DNA of 64,000 nucleotides, taken from Myxococcales bacterium (GTDB lineage Bacteria; Myxococcota; Myxococcia; Myxococcales; 40CM-4-68-19). The notes beneath the pieces are model-generated. The model was given only the letters and a program-made list of their open reading frames with translations. It was not told the origin of the DNA and searched no databases. Where the stretch lies: assembly GCA_036488495.1 (NCBI GenBank), contig DASXHM010000276.1:176-64175 (forward strand), written 5' to 3'. How positions within the stretch are numbered: the stretch's first letter is position 1; the number at the start of each line of letters is the position of its first letter. A program made the position numbers and the translations under genes. Of this stretch, positions 47,420-55,317 are shown in pieces.

Positions 47420-47654
47420 GCGGTGTCTCCTTTTTCTTTCGTAAGCCATGCGACGAATGTCCGTATCACGGTACAAAGTCAAGCCCCACGGAAGTCCGAG
47501 CGGCTGCCGGTGTCGCGCCGCCGACGCGCCGCGGTTTCTCGTGCGACCAGTCGTCGCAGAACACAGTCGAACTCATGGAGAACGATCGGCGCTCGTGCAT
47601 CGTCCGAAGAGGGTCGTAAGAAATACCTGCGGTCAATCGCCGTCGAGGAGCTCG

Positions 47655-48440
47655 ATGATTAGCGCGCAAGCTGCCACGCGCCGGCGGGGCGGAGCGGTTC
47701 GTGTTCTTTACGCCGCTGCGGTCGCGGGCGTGGGCGTGCTCTTACTTACGGGCCGGTTCGTCTACGTCTGGGCGCCGATTCAGAAAGGGGTGCCGGCACG
47801 GGATGCGTTGGCCGCAGGCGTCGGTGCCGTTCTGCTCTTGTGTGCCGCGGGGCTGCTCTGGCGAAAAAGCGCGGTCATCCCGGCCGGCGTCGTGGGCTTG
47901 ATCTTCCTCGCCTGGCTTTTGCTCCTGCAAGCGCCGCGGATCGTCGCTGCGCCATCGAAAGAGCTGTTGTGGTCCGGGGCCGCCCAACTTGCGGCCGTCG
48001 TCGCCGCAAGCGCGATTGTTTTTCAATCCGCTGGCAATGACCTGCGAAGCGCGCGCTGGCGAATTCGCGCGCCTCGCCTGCTCTACGCGATCTCGCTTCT
48101 GGTCTTCGGGCTCCACCACTTTCTCTCCATGCCGGGAGCGGTGGAAGCGGTCCCGGCATGGATCCCCGCTCCGGCGGGTTGGGTGTATCTCACCGGCATT
48201 GCGCACATCGCGGCGGGGATGGCGCTCCTGATCGGCATCGTCCCGGGTCTCGCCGCGACCCTCGAAGCGTCGATGATCAGCGCGTTCGTCCTCTTGGTGC
48301 ATGTCCCCGGAGTGGTTGCCGCCCCGCGGGACCGCTTGCAATGGACGATGTTGTCCGTCGCTTTCTTGATTGCCGCTGCGGCATGGGTGGTGGCGCAATC
48401 GTCGTCGGATTTCGAGAGGCATCCGGAGGCGCGCGCGTGA
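47655..48440 (+). CDS. Polytopic membrane protein (261 aa), possibly DoxX-like
   Basis: About 8 hydrophobic helices, ATG at 47655. The family assignment is weak. Confidence 0.5.
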   Translation: MISAQAATRRRGGAVRVLYAAAVAGVGVLLLTGRFVYVWAPIQKGVPARDALAAGVGAVLLLCAAGLLWRKSAVIPAGVVGLIFLAWLLLLQAPRIVAAPSKELLWSGAAQLAAVVAASAIVFQSAGNDLRSARWRIRAPRLLYAISLLVFGLHHFLSMPGAVEAVPAWIPAPAGWVYLTGIAHIAAGMALLIGIVPGLAATLEASMISAFVLLVHVPGVVAAPRDRLQWTMLSVAFLIAAAAWVVAQSSSDFERHPEARA

Positions 48441-48913
48441 ACGAGGCCCGGCAAACGACCGCGCTGACAGTGCGACCGGTGATGGCGGCCGACCATCCGG
48501 CGTGGCTCAGATTATGGGAGGGATACAATGCCTTCTACGGCCGCGCCGGGCCGACGGCGCTCGAGCCCGCCATCATCGAATCGACCTGGCGGCGCTTTCT
48601 CGATCCGCTCGAGCCGATGCACGCGCTCGTCGCCGAACGCGGCGGAGAATTAGTCGGGCTTGCCCATTTCATCTTCCATCGCAACACGATCCTGCTCGGC
48701 GACACCTGCTACCTCCAAGACCTGTTTACCGCAGAGGCAGCGCGCGGCGCCGGCATCGGCCGCGCGCTCATCGAGGAAACGGCCCTCCGCGCGCGAGCTG
48801 CAGGGTGCGCGCGGCTGTACTGGCACACGCACGAGACGAACGCCGCGGCAATGAAGCTGTACGACCAGGTCGCGCGCAAATCGGGCTTCGTCGTCTATCG
48901 CAAGGACCTCTGA
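48437..48913 (+). CDS. GNAT-family N-acetyltransferase
   Basis: The GTG overlaps the upstream TGA. Acetyl-CoA motif LQDLFTAEAARGAGIGRALIE and YWHTHETNAAAMKLYD. Confidence 0.75.
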   Translation: MNEARQTTALTVRPVMAADHPAWLRLWEGYNAFYGRAGPTALEPAIIESTWRRFLDPLEPMHALVAERGGELVGLAHFIFHRNTILLGDTCYLQDLFTAEAARGAGIGRALIEETALRARAAGCARLYWHTHETNAAAMKLYDQVARKSGFVVYRKDL

Positions 48914-48935
48914 CCCCTCGGCAAAGGAGCGGCAC

Positions 48936-49586
48936 ATGAAGCTCATCCTTTACGGCACGACCATGTGGGCGAGCCCCTACGTCTTCTCCTGCTACGTCGC
49001 GCTGCGCGAGAAGGAGCTGCCCTTCGAGATGCGGCTCCTCGCCCTCGACAAAGGTGAGCATCGCAGCGCCGAGTATGCGCGGCTGTCCTTGACCGGGCGG
49101 GTGCCTGCGCTCCTCGACGGCGACTTCGCGGTGTCCGAGTCCAGCGCCATCGTCGAATACCTCGACGAGCAGTTCCCGGAGGGTCCGCGCCTCTTGCCTG
49201 CGGAAACCGCGGCGCGCGCCCGGGCGCGGCAGGTGATGGCCTGGATGCGCAGCGACTTCGCGGCGCTGCGAAGCGAGCGATCGTCGCAGTACGTCTTCTT
49301 CCCGCTCGAATCGCTGCCTCCGCCGCCGCCGCTGTCGAAAGAAGGAATGGCGGCTGCGAAGAGGCTGGTGAACGGTGCGGCGGCGCTCGTTCCCCAAGGC
49401 GGCGGTTCGCTCTTCGGCGCATGGTCGGTGGCAGACTGCGATCTGGCGATGATGCTGCAACGGCTCCATCGAACGGGGTTCGAGCTGCCGGCGAACATCG
49501 CCCGCTACGTCGAGGCGCAATGGGCCCGTCCTACCGTCCAGGAATGGGTGGCACAGCCGCGGCCGGCGTATCGCGAGCCGGCTTGA
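48936..49586 (+). CDS. Glutathione S-transferase (YfcF-like)
   Basis: AAAGGAG upstream; SPYVFSCYVALREKELPFE, GRVPAL, VSESSAIVEYL. Confidence 0.8.
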   Translation: MKLILYGTTMWASPYVFSCYVALREKELPFEMRLLALDKGEHRSAEYARLSLTGRVPALLDGDFAVSESSAIVEYLDEQFPEGPRLLPAETAARARARQVMAWMRSDFAALRSERSSQYVFFPLESLPPPPPLSKEGMAAAKRLVNGAAALVPQGGGSLFGAWSVADCDLAMMLQRLHRTGFELPANIARYVEAQWARPTVQEWVAQPRPAYREPA

Positions 49587-49592
49587 CTCGGG

Positions 49593-49706
49593 CGGCCAGT
49601 CGCGCCGGTCGCGGGCGGCTAGTCCCCCCGTCTCGAGCGGCTAGTCCCGCCGGCCTCGCGCGGCCAGTCCCGCCGGTCTCGGGCGGCTAGTGCCGGTCGG
49701 GAGCGA
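49593..49706. repeat. Degenerate tandem repeat of 22-23 nt: four full copies plus one truncated/degenerate fifth copy
   Basis: Units are CGGCCAGTCGCGCCGGTCGCGGG / CGGCTAGTCCCCCCGTCTCGAG / CGGCTAGTCCCGCCGGCCTCGCG / CGGCCAGTCCCGCCGGTCTCGGG / CGGCTAGTGCCGGTCGGG... The array fills the gap between convergent genes, and the last unit supplies the stop codon of the minus-strand gene. Confidence 0.7.
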
Positions 49707-50265
49707 GCGCCGCGTGGACGAGGTACGAGCGCCGCGAAGATCCCCGTCGCGCGTGGAAGCGGTGCAGGAGTTGCCGGATCTCTTCGGCCAGCGCCGCGGC
49801 GTCCTTGTCGCTCAACCGGAGTCGAAGCCAGAGCTCGCTCGCGACCGGCCTGCGGCCCGCCTCGCGCACGAGTCGCATCCGCGGGCCCGACTCGTCCTGC
49901 GAATACATCGCGCCGCGGATGGAACCGGCGAGGCTCTGCTCCAGCCGCTCGCGCAAGACGGAAGTCAGCTCGACGCCGGGTTCCGCGCCCATCAACTCGG
50001 CGGGCACGAAGAACGACCGCGCGACGGCGCGATAATGCTTGATGGGCGCGCCCGCGCGCTTTTCCGTCCGCGCAATCTTCACCAGCCCGAGCCGGAGCAG
50101 CTTCTGCAGGTGGTGATGGAGCAGATTGAGCGGCGCGCCCGTCGCAGTCGCGAGCTCGCTCAGCGAACGCTCGCGGTCGATGAGCGCCAGGAGGATGCCT
50201 CGCTGCCGCGAGGAGCGGAAGACCGCGGCGGCGCCTGAATCGGCGATTCGGGCAACCTCGACCAT
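49687..50265 (-). CDS. ArsR-like winged-helix transcriptional regulator
   Basis: HTH segment SLSELATATGAPLNLLHHHLQKLLRLGLVKI. I prefer the ATG at 50265 over the GTG at 50346, which would leave no intergenic space. Confidence 0.65.
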   Translation of the reverse strand: MVEVARIADSGAAAVFRSSRQRGILLALIDRERSLSELATATGAPLNLLHHHLQKLLRLGLVKIARTEKRAGAPIKHYRAVARSFFVPAELMGAEPGVELTSVLRERLEQSLAGSIRGAMYSQDESGPRMRLVREAGRRPVASELWLRLRLSDKDAAALAEEIRQLLHRFHARRGSSRRSYLVHAALAPDRH

Positions 50266-50279
50266 GCCCCCGAGTGTCT

Positions 50280-50308
50280 CGTTCAATCCGTGATCTGTCA
50301 ATTGAACG
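50280..50308. promoter_or_regulatory. Candidate operator: perfect 8-bp inverted repeat CGTTCAAT-N13-ATTGAACG
   Basis: It lies in the divergent gap between the ArsR-like gene and the beta-lactamase-family gene. Confidence 0.35.
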
Positions 50309-50346
50309 TGACCGGGTGACCTGATGGCGGAGAGGAGGATCACCAC

Positions 50347-51477
50347 ATGGAAGTTTCGCTAATGGCATTGGCCGCAATCCTGGGGGTCACGGCGCCGCCG
50401 GATGTAGCGAGCTGCATCGACAGGCTCGCGAACACTCATCGCTTCTCGGGCGTCGTCTCCGTCCGCCACCCGAAGGCGACCACGGTGCGCGTAGAAGGCA
50501 TCCTTGGCGGCGAAGGAAGCGCGCCAATCGCTGCAGACACCCGCTTCAACCTCGGCTCGGCAAGCAAGATGTTCACCGCTGTCGCCGTCGCTCAGTTGAT
50601 CGACGCCGGAAAAATCCGCCTCGACGATCCGATCGGCCGCTCTGTCGGCGGACTCACGCCGGAGGCGGCTGCCGCCACCGTCCGGCAATTGCTCACGCAC
50701 ACTTCGGGACTCGGAAGCTTCTTCTCGCCAGAGAATTTGCCGGCCATCACACGCGCCCACAACGTCGCGGAGCTGCTGCCGCTCGTCGCGGGCGAACGCC
50801 CCGCGTTTCCGCCGGGCTCGCGCTTCCAATATTCGAACACCGGTTTCTTGCTCCTCGGCGCGCTGGTCGAGCGCGTCACCGGCTCGAGCTATGACGACTA
50901 TCTGCGCGAGCACGTCTTCAAGCCCGCAGGCATGACCACAACCGGCCTCGATCCGGGTCCGGCGGCGAATCAGGCGAGTGGAATGACCTCGATGACGCCG
51001 CACCTTCGGCCCTCCCCGAATGGCCCGCCGCAATCGCCGGCGCAGGGCCCGCTTCAGCCCTCGCCAGCAGCAGCCATGCGCGGCAACCCGGCTGGCGGCG
51101 CGTTCAGCACGGCGGCAGACGTCCAGCGGTTCTTTGCCGCCCTGGTCGCGCACAAGCTCACCAGCGCAGCCATGCTGGAGAAGCTCACCTCGCCCGCAAG
51201 CCCGGCCCAGCCGGTGAACGGCGCGAAACCAGGACCGCAGTACGGCATGGGATTCGGCGTCGGAACCTTCGAGGGGCATCGCTGGTTCGGACACAACGGC
51301 GGCGCTCCGGGCGTCAACGCCGAGGCGGTGGCCTTCCCTGACGACGGCGTGGTGGCGGTCGTGCTCGCGAACCGGGATCCGCCCCTGGCAAGTGCCCTCT
51401 TCCGCGAGCTTCGCCCGCTCCTGTTCGACCCGGCCGCGATGAAGGCCTGCGCAAGAGCCGGCGCGCAAACCAATTGA
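50347..51477 (+). CDS. Beta-lactamase-family serine hydrolase (class C/PBP-like)
   Basis: SxxK motif (GSASKMF) and YxN motif (YSNTGF). Alternative start at 50362. Confidence 0.8.
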   Translation: MEVSLMALAAILGVTAPPDVASCIDRLANTHRFSGVVSVRHPKATTVRVEGILGGEGSAPIAADTRFNLGSASKMFTAVAVAQLIDAGKIRLDDPIGRSVGGLTPEAAAATVRQLLTHTSGLGSFFSPENLPAITRAHNVAELLPLVAGERPAFPPGSRFQYSNTGFLLLGALVERVTGSSYDDYLREHVFKPAGMTTTGLDPGPAANQASGMTSMTPHLRPSPNGPPQSPAQGPLQPSPAAAMRGNPAGGAFSTAADVQRFFAALVAHKLTSAAMLEKLTSPASPAQPVNGAKPGPQYGMGFGVGTFEGHRWFGHNGGAPGVNAEAVAFPDDGVVAVVLANRDPPLASALFRELRPLLFDPAAMKACARAGAQTN

Positions 51478-51482
51478 ACCAC

Positions 51483-52910
51483 TTACGGCGCGGGCTGCGT
51501 CAGCGTTGCTTGTTGCAACACCACCTGCGTCTGCGAGAGCGCGCGGCCGTTCATGGTGGCGCCCGTCTGCAGCACGATGTCGGTCTTCGAAAGGACGATG
51601 CCCTCGAAGTGAGAGTTCGCGCCGAAGGTGGCCTTCCCGGCAACCTGCCAGAAGACGTTCTTCGCAAGCGCGCCCCCCGCGAGCGTGACGTGCTTCGCCG
51701 CGCTCATGGTCAAGTCGCCGGTGGTCTGGAAGATCCAGACGTCGTTCGCCCCGCCCGAGATCACCACGTCGTTCGGGATGGTGACCGCGCTCGTCCACTT
51801 GTAGAGTCCCGGTGCGAGAGTGAGGCCGCCGATGTTGCCCGTGCCGAGCTCGAGATGGTCGGGCGTCGGGCGCCCGGCTGCGTCGTTGTACGCGGCCTCC
51901 ATGTTGCTGACCGCGGTGGTGAGATTCGACGGCGTCGGCACGGCGTAATCGGCCGCAAACACCTTGCCCGAGACTTGGGGGCTCGAGGAGAACACGTTCG
52001 TCGAATCGGCCACGAGCGAAAAGCCGGTGATGAAAGTGGCTGCCGCAGGGCTGATGCCGATGTCACCCGTCACGGCCGACGCCGGGACGGTGGAAATGGC
52101 CGTTTTCGCGAGGACCGCGTAGCGCCCCGCGGTGCCCAGGCCGACCGCCGCGGGGCCGTGAGCGACGGCCGTGCCGGTGGTGAAAGTCCAGGAGAACGGG
52201 GCCGCAAGTGCATTGCCCGCAAGGTCGAGCGCTCCCGCCGAGATGGTAGCCGTGTACGCGCCGTTCGCGGCGAGGCTCGCCGCCGGCGTGAAGACGGCGG
52301 TGGTTCCGAACGATCCATAGGCGACCGAGCCTGCGACAGGCGCGCCGGCCTGGGTCAGGCTGAACGTCGCCGAAGTGAGCGAGGCGGGATCCATGGCCTC
52401 GCTGAAGGTGGCCGAGGCGGTCGCGTTGATGGGCACTGCCGTTGCGCTTTGCGCGGGGCTCGTGTTGCTCACGGCCGGCGCGGTCGTGTCGGCGGCGGCC
52501 CCGGTGGTGAAGCTCCAGACATGATTGGCCGCGAGCGCACGCCCCGTCGTCGAAGCCGCGCCGGAGGTGATGGTGGCGGTGTAGACCGCATTGGCAGCGA
52601 GAGGCGACGCGGGCGTGAAGGTGACCGACATGCCGCCCGGTACCGCCGCCACGCTGCCCGGCACGGCGATCGTCCCCTGCCGGACGAGGACGGTGACGCC
52701 GCTCAGCGAGCCTTCGTTCATCGCTTCGCTGAAGCTGGCAAAGATCTTGGTGTTGGTCGCGACGCCCACCGCGGCGTCGGCCGGGTTGGTGGAGCTGACG
52801 TTCGGATCGTTGCCGGCTGGCGCTGTCGCCGTGGAATTTCCGCCGCAAGCAAGAACGAAGACGAGGGCGAAGGATGCGACGGACGCAAGGGTATTGCGAA
52901 GGGCGGCCAT
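51483..52910 (-). CDS. Lipoprotein with two Ig-like (SbsA/Big_5-type) domains and a C-terminal DUF3494 ice-binding-fold domain
   Basis: Lipobox FVLACGG. Two approx 100-aa repeats (SFSEAM(N/D)..SL...TFTPA(S)(P)LAAN(A/G)(V/A)YTATI...W(S/T)FTTG). DUF3494-like segment: LGTAGRYAVLAKTAISTVPASAVTGDIGISP...LAPGLYKW...NDVWIFQ...AKNVFWQV. Confidence 0.7.
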   Translation of the reverse strand: MAALRNTLASVASFALVFVLACGGNSTATAPAGNDPNVSSTNPADAAVGVATNTKIFASFSEAMNEGSLSGVTVLVRQGTIAVPGSVAAVPGGMSVTFTPASPLAANAVYTATITSGAASTTGRALAANHVWSFTTGAAADTTAPAVSNTSPAQSATAVPINATASATFSEAMDPASLTSATFSLTQAGAPVAGSVAYGSFGTTAVFTPAASLAANGAYTATISAGALDLAGNALAAPFSWTFTTGTAVAHGPAAVGLGTAGRYAVLAKTAISTVPASAVTGDIGISPAAATFITGFSLVADSTNVFSSSPQVSGKVFAADYAVPTPSNLTTAVSNMEAAYNDAAGRPTPDHLELGTGNIGGLTLAPGLYKWTSAVTIPNDVVISGGANDVWIFQTTGDLTMSAAKHVTLAGGALAKNVFWQVAGKATFGANSHFEGIVLSKTDIVLQTGATMNGRALSQTQVVLQQATLTQPAP

Positions 52911-53255
52911 GATGGTGCTCCTGGGACGACACTGGTTGTTCGATAGACCGGATCGGCATGCACACCGGAGAACCCGGCGCGGCTTCGGAACATCGCCTGC
53001 CGGCCGTTCACCGCCGCAGGAGTACAGCAGCAACGTAAGTCGCAATACGTACTTGTCAAACTGGCCGGCGTCGATTGGAGTCAAGCCGCCGCCGTTTGCG
53101 GAACTTTATTGTTCGAGGCCGGCCGCCGATCGAGCCCTGCAATGATTCCAGCGCTGCTGGAAGCCGTTCGCCTCGCCGCGGTTTGGAAACACGCGTAGAC
53201 TGCCGTACTCCCCCGCCGCAACCGGCACGCCTTTCGCCGGATTCGGAAAACATCC

Positions 53256-54776
53256 ATGGCACTCGACGAGACGCGTTCACTCACGCCCGAAGAACAGGCG
53301 ATGGTCCATCTGCTCGAAGCTGTCTGGGACGTACCCGTCGGCCTTGGGCTGTGCGACGGGCAGGTCTCGTTCGTGCGCGTGAACCAGGCGCTCGCCAATC
53401 TCGACGGGCTGCCCATCCCCTCGCATTACCAGCACGACACGCTCCACCAGTTGCCTCGGCAGTTCGCCGATGGCCTGCGACGGGCGGCCTCGGGCGTCGT
53501 CGGCGACGTGGAGTTCGTGCGGCTCGGGCGCTCGGTGTTGGCCAAGCTGCACGCCGTGCTGGACCCGGACACCGCCAGCCCCATCGGCGTGGGTGTGGTC
53601 GCGCTGGACGTCACCGACGAGCGCGCCGCCTGCCGCAATTTCGAGGAAGCCAATCGCCTGGTCAGCGATCTCCTCGCCGATTCCACCGCCAAGGAGCTGG
53701 CGCTGGCCCGGTTGATCGACTCGGTGCAGGAGGGCGTGGTGCTCGTGGACCCGACGGGCAGGGTCAAGCAGATGAACAGCGCGGCCGCTCGAATCATGGG
53801 CCATCCTTCCGCGCAGCTGACCGGCGTCCGCTTCGACGAGGTGGGCTGGTCGAACCCGGACGGAACCGGTGGCCAAGACGCCGCAGCGCTCTTGGCGCGG
53901 GCCGTGGAGCACCCGGCGCTCTTCCACGGCGAGCTGCACGTGGGAACCGGCGCCGGCCGCACCGTCGTCGTCGCCGACGCGACCGCGCTGCGTGACACCC
54001 GGGGCCGGGTGGAGGATGTCGTGGTCTCGCTGCGCGACGTCACCAAGGAGCGCGGCGTGCTCGATGTGGCACGGTCGAACCTGGAATTCCAGCAGCAGAT
54101 CATCGGCATCGTCGGGCACGATCTGCGCAACCCGCTCGCCACCATCACCGGCTCGATCAGCCTCTTGCGGCGGCAAGCCGGGCTGACGCAATCGTCGGTG
54201 GCCTCGCTGGACCGGATCGCCCGGAGCGCAGCGCGGATGGCGCGGCTGATCAGCGATCTGCTCGATTACGCCCGAACCCGCGCGCCGGGCGGCCTGCCGG
54301 TGGTGTTGGCGCAAACCGATCTTCACGCCATCTGCAGGCAGTCGGTGGACGAATGCCTCGCGGCCCATCCCTCGACCCAGATCGTGCTGGAGACGGAAGG
54401 CGATGGGCGCGGCGGCTGGGACGCGGACCGAATCGAGCAAGCCCTGACGAATCTCATCGTCAATGCGGTTCAGCATGGCGGGGGCGGTGAGGTGCGCGTA
54501 CAGTCCATTGCATCCGCCGAGCAACAGGTTGAGGTCAGGGTCAAGAACGGAGGCGCGGTCATTCCGGCGGAGGTGTTGCCGGAGTTGTTCAAGGCCTATC
54601 GCCGTGGAGTCCGCGGCGGGCCGTCCAGCGACACCGGAGGCCTTGGGCTCGGCCTCTTCATCGTCGAACAGATCGTCGCTGCGCACGGTGGACAGGTACA
54701 CGCAGAGTCCTCCGCCGGCGAAGGCACGACGTTCATCCTCGAGCTGCCGAGGTCTTTTCCCCTGAAGGGGCCGTAG
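53256..54776 (+). CDS. Cytoplasmic PAS-domain sensor histidine kinase
   Basis: H-box GHDLRNPLATI, N-box LTNLIVNAVQHG, G-boxes DTGGLGLGL and GEGTTF. No TM segments. Confidence 0.85.
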   Translation: MALDETRSLTPEEQAMVHLLEAVWDVPVGLGLCDGQVSFVRVNQALANLDGLPIPSHYQHDTLHQLPRQFADGLRRAASGVVGDVEFVRLGRSVLAKLHAVLDPDTASPIGVGVVALDVTDERAACRNFEEANRLVSDLLADSTAKELALARLIDSVQEGVVLVDPTGRVKQMNSAAARIMGHPSAQLTGVRFDEVGWSNPDGTGGQDAAALLARAVEHPALFHGELHVGTGAGRTVVVADATALRDTRGRVEDVVVSLRDVTKERGVLDVARSNLEFQQQIIGIVGHDLRNPLATITGSISLLRRQAGLTQSSVASLDRIARSAARMARLISDLLDYARTRAPGGLPVVLAQTDLHAICRQSVDECLAAHPSTQIVLETEGDGRGGWDADRIEQALTNLIVNAVQHGGGGEVRVQSIASAEQQVEVRVKNGGAVIPAEVLPELFKAYRRGVRGGPSSDTGGLGLGLFIVEQIVAAHGGQVHAESSAGEGTTFILELPRSFPLKGP

Positions 54777-54800
54777 GACAACGCGACGCGGCCGCGCGAC

Positions 54801-55220
54801 GTGAGGCTGTCGATGAGCACCGGTGAGAATTGCGGAACGCGCGGCTTCGCCGTGGTGATGGAGCCCGACGCGGATCTGCGGGGCATGATCTGCAGCGCGC
54901 TCTTGCTCGAAGGGCATCGCGTCGAATGCGCGGTCGACTGCGCCAGCGTCCTCTCCTGGCGCGAGAGCGTTGGCCCCGCCCCGGGCGCGCTTTTACTCGC
55001 GTTGGGCGCGGCAGCTCCCGATCCGGACTGGGGCCGCCTGCAGATAGCCCTGGACCAGGACGAGCTGCTCTCGCAAGCGGCGCTGATCGTGCTCCTCACC
55101 ATCCGGAACGGTCTGACCTTTCCCAAGCGCGCGCGCATCGTCCAAAAGCCGTTCGTGCTGGAATCGCTGCTGGCGCTCGTCGCAGCCGACTTCGAGGCAG
55201 CGCGAGCGAAGCGCGACTGA
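54801..55220 (+). CDS. Receiver-like (pseudo-receiver) protein lacking the phospho-acceptor Asp
   Basis: CheY-like layout with conserved Thr (IVLLTIR) and Lys (IVQKPF). The acidic pocket reads MEPDAD and the acceptor position reads ALLLALG (Ala in place of Asp). GTG at 54801 or ATG at 54813. Confidence 0.55.
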   Translation: MRLSMSTGENCGTRGFAVVMEPDADLRGMICSALLLEGHRVECAVDCASVLSWRESVGPAPGALLLALGAAAPDPDWGRLQIALDQDELLSQAALIVLLTIRNGLTFPKRARIVQKPFVLESLLALVAADFEAARAKRD

Positions 55221-55317
55221 CTCGCAAGAGTAAGACGGCCCTCGCTTGTTGCAATCGGCTCCCGAGGCGCGCAGCGTGCCCCCGCGCTTGGGGACCGCGC
55301 ACTCTGGGGGTCTGTCC

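Noticed and set aside
49593-49706. Tandem repeats considered as a CRISPR array
   Set aside because: The units are contiguous with no unique spacers and are only 22-23 nt long and degenerate. No cas genes are present in the window.
50266-50346. GTG at 50346 as the start of the ArsR-like gene, giving zero intergenic distance to the divergent gene
   Set aside because: It would add 27 non-conserved-looking residues and leave no promoter space. The ATG at 50265, just before the winged-helix region, is more plausible, though unproven.
53223-53238. Plus-strand CGGCACGCCTTTCGCC upstream of the histidine kinase, as a possible second sigma-54 promoter
   Set aside because: The spacing is correct, but the -12 element reads TCGC rather than TTGC. 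The site is only about 19 nt from the ATG, which would leave almost no leader. I kept it as a weak possibility only, and a PWM score plus TSS mapping would settle it.
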